Assembly: GCA_042091375.1 (NCBI GenBank)
Contig: JBELHO010000003.1
Coordinates: 27,659 to 91,658 of the forward strand
Length of the DNA: 64,000 bases
Reading direction: 5' to 3'
From: Thalassotalea sp.
GTDB lineage: Bacteria; Pseudomonadota; Gammaproteobacteria; Enterobacterales; Alteromonadaceae
Shown: in pieces, positions 59,495-64,000 of the stretch
Layout: each line of letters starts with the position of its first letter
Numbering within the stretch: position 1 is the stretch's first letter
The notes under the pieces: model-generated
The model's input: only the letters and a program-made list of their open reading frames with translations
What the model was told of the DNA's origin: nothing
The model's database searches: none
Program-made: the position numbers and the translations under genes

Positions 59495-60358
59495 CTAATG
59501 TTTTAAATCCTGTAAAAAGGCATTAAGTTGCTGCTGATAAAAATCATAAGTTTTTAAACAGTAATCACAGGTCATACTTACCTTACCCTGTTCGTCTAAT
59601 ATTGACGATAATTCTGACGGCGCAATTTGAGCAATAGCCGACAAACATTTTTGCTCTGAACAACTGCATTGGAAATTAACCGATTGCGGTTCAAAAAGTC
59701 TTACATTTTCTTGATGATATAAACGGTACAACAGTGTCTTTGCATCCAGTGTAAAAATTTCTGTTGGTTTAATTGTCATAGTGAGTTGACAGACATGATC
59801 GAAGTCAGCTAATTGTTTTGCTTTATCGTCACTATCGGGAAGTAGTTGGATCAAACAACCGGCTGCTTGTTGTGACTGATCATCATAGAACAACCAAAAT
59901 TTAGTTGGAATTTGTTCGGAAACGGCAAAATAATGCGCCAAACAATCCGCTAATGTGTCTTTTTCTAAGGCAACCACCCCTTGATAAGGCTCGCCGTTTG
60001 TCGGTCGAATGGTGATCACCATATTGCCTTTGCCAATTAAGTCTCTTAAGCCAAACGCTTCAGTAGACTCAGTCATACGAGCAATACCACGCATATTTTG
60101 TTGATCGTCACCATTGACGGCTAGATAACCGATAGGGCCATCACCTTGCAGTTGCACCACTATTTCACCTTGAATTTTTAAGGTTGCAGTGAGTAAACAG
60201 GTGGCTGCTACTAATTCACCTAATAGCTGTCTAACACCCTGCGGATATCGGTGAGGGGCAATAATTTGTTGATAGCTTTGTTGCAGCTGAACCAGCTCAC
60301 CTCGCACGTGTATATCGTCAAATAGATAACGGTTTAAAATATCTTTTTGCACAGTCAC
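59495..60358 (-). CDS. hslO: Redox-regulated chaperone Hsp33
   Basis: 287 aa with the C-terminal Zn/redox switch (CSCS...CDYCLKTY). Confidence 0.93.
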   Translation of the reverse strand: MTVQKDILNRYLFDDIHVRGELVQLQQSYQQIIAPHRYPQGVRQLLGELVAATCLLTATLKIQGEIVVQLQGDGPIGYLAVNGDDQQNMRGIARMTESTEAFGLRDLIGKGNMVITIRPTNGEPYQGVVALEKDTLADCLAHYFAVSEQIPTKFWLFYDDQSQQAAGCLIQLLPDSDDKAKQLADFDHVCQLTMTIKPTEIFTLDAKTLLYRLYHQENVRLFEPQSVNFQCSCSEQKCLSAIAQIAPSELSSILDEQGKVSMTCDYCLKTYDFYQQQLNAFLQDLKH

Positions 60359-60361
60359 TCA

Positions 60362-60766
60362 TTAATTCCTTTCTTTAAATTGTCGAATTTGTCGACGTTG
60401 TTTTTTATCTGGTTTACTGTCACTTGCTGGACTTATCAATCCACCCTGTTTGCGGGCAAGGGCATTTTTTTCTCGCGTTTCGATACTCGCAGCGCTTTCA
60501 GTGTATAAAGTGTGGGCAAATGTCGCATCTCTGCGTTGCTCAGCTAACGCATTAATCACCACTTCTTTTTCTTCATAACCTTGGCGTATTTTAACGGTAT
60601 CACCAATAGTTACCGATTTACCTGATTTGGTGCGTTGTCCATTATAGAACACTTTACCACCGTCGATCATTTGTTTGGCAATGGCACGAGTTTTATAAAA
60701 ACGCGCTGCCCAAAGCCATTTATCAAGTCTAGTGCTCGTGGTATTTTGCTCATTTTTCATCAGCAT
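60362..60766 (-). CDS. hslR: Ribosome-associated heat shock protein Hsp15 (S4 domain)
   Basis: RLDKWLWAARFYKTRAIAKQMIDGGKVFYNGQRTKSGKSV. It lies 3 nt upstream of hslO. An alternative start is ATG 60760. Confidence 0.9.
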   Translation of the reverse strand: MLMKNEQNTTSTRLDKWLWAARFYKTRAIAKQMIDGGKVFYNGQRTKSGKSVTIGDTVKIRQGYEEKEVVINALAEQRRDATFAHTLYTESAASIETREKNALARKQGGLISPASDSKPDKKQRRQIRQFKERN

Positions 60767-61006
60767 TGTCTTGGTTGTCTTGTTTACAGGCGGAAAAATA
60801 CCACAAGCAACAAAAAATCGCTATGCACAGATAACAGCTTATAGTCATTATCTGAGTTTTTACAGCCCACAAAAAATGTAACTATTTGTATAAAAGTTAA
60901 TTATCGCCTTGTTGCTTAAGTCTAGCTCAAGTATCATCTAGTGAAAACTTGCCAAAAATAATATGATTTTTCGGTTTACTATGTATAACATCATTAAAAG
61001 GTCAAT

Positions 61007-61960
61007 ATGCAGTTGCCAGTAACTATAAATGACATAAATGAGTGGCTAATTCGATTACCTCAGCAAAAAATAGCTAAAATTATCAGTGTTGTACTCGTTG
61101 TTTACATTGCTTATCTAATGGCACAATTGACATGGTCATTGGCTTCTCCTCAGTCGCACAGCGTAAGTTTATTATCATCGAATGCCAATCCATCTGCAGC
61201 ATCAACAGCATTGTCTTTAGTTGATACTAAGCGACTAGAAGCACTGCATTTATTCGGCAAATACCAAGAACAGGACAGGATTGAAACAGTAACAGTACAA
61301 GATGCGCCAGAAACCAATCTCAATTTAATTTTAACCGGTACTGTGGCAAGTAGTGTGCAAGCAATTGCTGCCGCAGTGATAGAAAATAATGGTAAACAAG
61401 AAACCTATGGCATAGGTGACAAAATAGTTGGCACTCGCGCAACATTAGACAGCGTTTCTACTGATCGGGTACTGATCAAGCAATCAGGACGTTTAGAAAC
61501 CTTAATGTTAGATGGTTTTAAATACAACAAAGCCAAGCAACCAAGTGATCGCGACAATAGCCCAGCCAAAAAAGTTGAGCGAAGAAATACTGATGTGCGC
61601 AAAGCCAACGTATTAGATCAACGCAATAATAAAGCCCTTAGTCAAGCGGCTTCAATAGTTAAACAAGATATCAATAATGACCCTAAAAGAATTATGGAAT
61701 ATTTGCGTATTTCACCGAAAAGAGAAGGGGGGAAAGTGATTGGTTATCGGCTGATGCCAGGCAAAGATCCGGCCTTTTTTAAAGCTTCAGGTTTAAAGCC
61801 TGGTGATGTTGCTGTGGCTATGAATGGCTTAGATCTGAGTTTGCCTAGTGAAGCAGCGCAAGCACTCAAAGCCCTAAAAGAACAACAAGAATTGTCTTTG
61901 TTAATTGACCGAAATGGTGAGATTACTGAGATTTTGTTTGGTATTAACAATGAATTATAA
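61007..61960 (+). CDS. gspC: Type II secretion system protein C
   Basis: 317 aa with an N-terminal TM segment, an HR domain and a C-terminal PDZ-like region (GLKPGDVAVAMNGLDL). It lies directly upstream of the secretin gene. Confidence 0.85.
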   Translation: MQLPVTINDINEWLIRLPQQKIAKIISVVLVVYIAYLMAQLTWSLASPQSHSVSLLSSNANPSAASTALSLVDTKRLEALHLFGKYQEQDRIETVTVQDAPETNLNLILTGTVASSVQAIAAAVIENNGKQETYGIGDKIVGTRATLDSVSTDRVLIKQSGRLETLMLDGFKYNKAKQPSDRDNSPAKKVERRNTDVRKANVLDQRNNKALSQAASIVKQDINNDPKRIMEYLRISPKREGGKVIGYRLMPGKDPAFFKASGLKPGDVAVAMNGLDLSLPSEAAQALKALKEQQELSLLIDRNGEITEILFGINNEL

Positions 61961-61970
61961 GGAAAAAATA

Positions 61971-64000
61971 ATGCGTAAGCCGGTTTTTGCAACTTGGTTA
62001 AAACGAGTTATGGTTAGCCTATCAACACTGATAGTTTTCAATTCTGCTATAGTGATAGCCAACTCTGCTAACGCCACGCAATATTCACCTAATTTTAAAG
62101 GTACTGACTTAGTCGAGTTTATTAACATTGTTGGTAAAAATCTGAAAAAAACCATGATTGTTGACCCCAATGTGCGCGGCAAAGTCAATGTCAGAAGTTA
62201 TGATTTATTAACAGAGCAACAATATTATCAATTTTTTCTCAATGTATTAGAAGTCTACAGTTTTTCAGCCATCGAAATGGACAATAACATTATCAAAATT
62301 GTCCGCAATAAAAAGGCCAAATCGGCGGCTACGCCATTGGTGGATGATGATGATCCTGGCATCGGTGATGAAATGGTCACTCGTGTGGTAGAAGTGAAAA
62401 ATGTGACCGTGCGCGAGCTTTCGCCATTATTGCGGCAAATGTCTGATCAGGCCGGTGGTGGTACTGTTGTCCATTATGATCCAGCCAATGTATTTATCAT
62501 GACAGGCACAGCTGCTGTGGTGAATCGCCTAGCCAGTATTATCAAGCGGGTTGATAAAGCTGGAGATCAAGATGTACAAATAATCAAACTTAAATACGCA
62601 TCGGCGGCTGAAATGGTGCGTATTATAGAAACATTAAACAAAACTACTCAGGGCAAAGCCGGTACTCCGACGTTTTTAATTCCTAAAATTGTCGCTGAAG
62701 ATCGCACCAATAGCGTCATTGTCAGTGGCGAAAAACAAGCTAGAGAGCGAATTGCTCGGTTAGTTTCACGCCTTGATAGTGAACTAGAAACTAATGGCAA
62801 TACTCGTGTTTATTATCTTAAATATTCAAAAGCAGAAGACCTCGTGAAAGTATTACAAGGGGTTAGTGAATCAATAGAAGCCGAAGGTAATAGCAGTAAA
62901 ACACAACGCACTAAAACCAGCAAACGCAACGTCAGTATTGATGCTCATGAAGATACCAATACCTTAGTGATCACCGCGCAACCCGATATGCTGCGCTCAC
63001 TTGAAGCCGTTATTCGTCAGTTAGATGTGCGCAGAGCACAAGTGCTAGTTGAAGCTATTATAGTTGAAGTGCTTGAAACGGATGGTGTCAGTTTAGGAGT
63101 GCAATGGTACAGTGAAGATGGTGGTTTTACCCAATTTACCAATGGCCCTGCGACTATCGGCTCTGTTGCTGCGGGCTTTGAGGCCGCGCAATCTACGCCG
63201 GGCACACCGGGCTCAACTGTTACTACCGAAAATGGTACAACGGTGAATCCGCCTGGCAATGATATCGAGGGAGACTATTCATTGATTGCGCAAGCGTTAG
63301 GTAATGTCAGTGGAATGATGTTCGGCATTGTCGATAATGACTGGGGAGCCATAGTGCAAGCAGTCAGTTCCGATACTAACTCGAATATTTTAGCAACACC
63401 TAGTATTACTACCATGGACAACGAAGAAGCCTACTTTTTAGTCGGTTCAGAAGTCCCTATTCTAACTGGTTCAACATCCAGTAGTAGTAACAGTAACCCC
63501 TTTCAAACTGTTGACCGAAAAGAAGTTGGGATCAAGCTAAAAGTTACACCGCAAGTCAATGAAGGCAGTGCTGTGCAATTGACTATCGAACAAGAAGTTT
63601 CTTCGGTAAGCGGTGCTACGGGTGTTGATATAGCCATAAGCAAGCGCGAAATAAAAACCACTGTGTTAGCTGACAATGGGGCAACTATTATCTTGGGTGG
63701 TCTTATTGATGACGACGTGCAAGAAAGTGTGCAAAAAGTCCCCTTACTTGGTGACATTCCTATCTTAGGACACTTATTTAAATCAACCAGCAATACCGTG
63801 CGCAAACGCAATTTGATGGTGTTTTTAAGACCCACTATTGTGCGTGATGGCGCTGTGATGAACGATCTCAGTGCCGCTAAATACAATTACATCCGTGCTG
63901 ATGAACTTCGCAAGCAAGAAGAGGGGTTACAGTTAATGAATGATGAAAAACTGCCACTGTTACCTAAATGGAATGATGCACTTACTTTACCGCCTTCATT
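61971..64000 (+). CDS. gspD: Type II secretion system secretin GspD (3' end runs off window)
   Basis: It is not in the ORF track because it has no stop. ATG 61971 follows AAGGA at 61959-61963. MRKPVFATWLKRVM... carries a signal peptide, then an N0 domain (FKGTDLVEFINIVGKNLKKTMIVDPNVRGKV) and the secretin core (VPLLGDIPILGHLFKSTSNTVRKRNLMVFLRPTIV). Confidence 0.95.
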   Translation, partial: MRKPVFATWLKRVMVSLSTLIVFNSAIVIANSANATQYSPNFKGTDLVEFINIVGKNLKKTMIVDPNVRGKVNVRSYDLLTEQQYYQFFLNVLEVYSFSAIEMDNNIIKIVRNKKAKSAATPLVDDDDPGIGDEMVTRVVEVKNVTVRELSPLLRQMSDQAGGGTVVHYDPANVFIMTGTAAVVNRLASIIKRVDKAGDQDVQIIKLKYASAAEMVRIIETLNKTTQGKAGTPTFLIPKIVAEDRTNSVIVSGEKQARERIARLVSRLDSELETNGNTRVYYLKYSKAEDLVKVLQGVSESIEAEGNSSKTQRTKTSKRNVSIDAHEDTNTLVITAQPDMLRSLEAVIRQLDVRRAQVLVEAIIVEVLETDGVSLGVQWYSEDGGFTQFTNGPATIGSVAAGFEAAQSTPGTPGSTVTTENGTTVNPPGNDIEGDYSLIAQALGNVSGMMFGIVDNDWGAIVQAVSSDTNSNILATPSITTMDNEEAYFLVGSEVPILTGSTSSSSNSNPFQTVDRKEVGIKLKVTPQVNEGSAVQLTIEQEVSSVSGATGVDIAISKREIKTTVLADNGATIILGGLIDDDVQESVQKVPLLGDIPILGHLFKSTSNTVRKRNLMVFLRPTIVRDGAVMNDLSAAKYNYIRADELRKQEEGLQLMNDEKLPLLPKWNDALTLPPS

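Overview
This window is a 64-kb stretch of AT-rich gammaproteobacterial chromosome. Gene content and synteny resemble marine Alteromonadales or Vibrionales (Colwellia/Shewanella-like); that placement is inference only. It is almost entirely protein-coding, with about 63 CDS. I saw no rRNA, tRNA, CRISPR array, IS element, integrase or prophage signature.

Most of it is conserved housekeeping synteny:
- hslU (5'-edge partial), hslV, ftsN and priA, divergent from rpmE
- mtnN, gltBD, folE2, arcA, rsmC, yjgA<>pmbA and mgtE
- the classic ptsO-rapZ-ptsN-hpf-rpoN-lptB-lptA-lptC-kdsC-kdsD-yrbG block, divergent from mlaFEDCB-ibaG-murA
- degS-degQ, zapG<>zapE, sseA and hslR-hslO
- the start of a type II secretion operon (gspC, and gspD running off the 3' edge)

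I do not see a clear-cut novel multi-gene system such as a defence island. The less ordinary parts are:
1. A non-canonical phage-shock locus (secreted mini-protein, PspA, minimal PspC-domain protein, small multi-TM protein). It has no pspF or pspB and is preceded by a sigma-54-like promoter and an upstream palindrome.
2. A tightly packed PCu(A)C copper chaperone / membrane-anchored unknown / beta-barrel OMP operon.
3. A Yip1-like membrane protein fused into an operon with a MacAB-type tripartite ABC exporter, which is a YknWXYZ-like architecture.
4. A split Arc phosphorelay, with a stand-alone Hpt protein convergent with arcA next to a non-hybrid histidine kinase.
5. A FabY-class 633-aa ketoacyl synthase paired with a GlxA/AraC regulator.
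6. A dimeric all-alpha dUTPase.
7. An mlaE whose conserved N-terminus lies upstream of any canonical start codon.

All family assignments come from reading the translated ORFs by eye. No database search was run.
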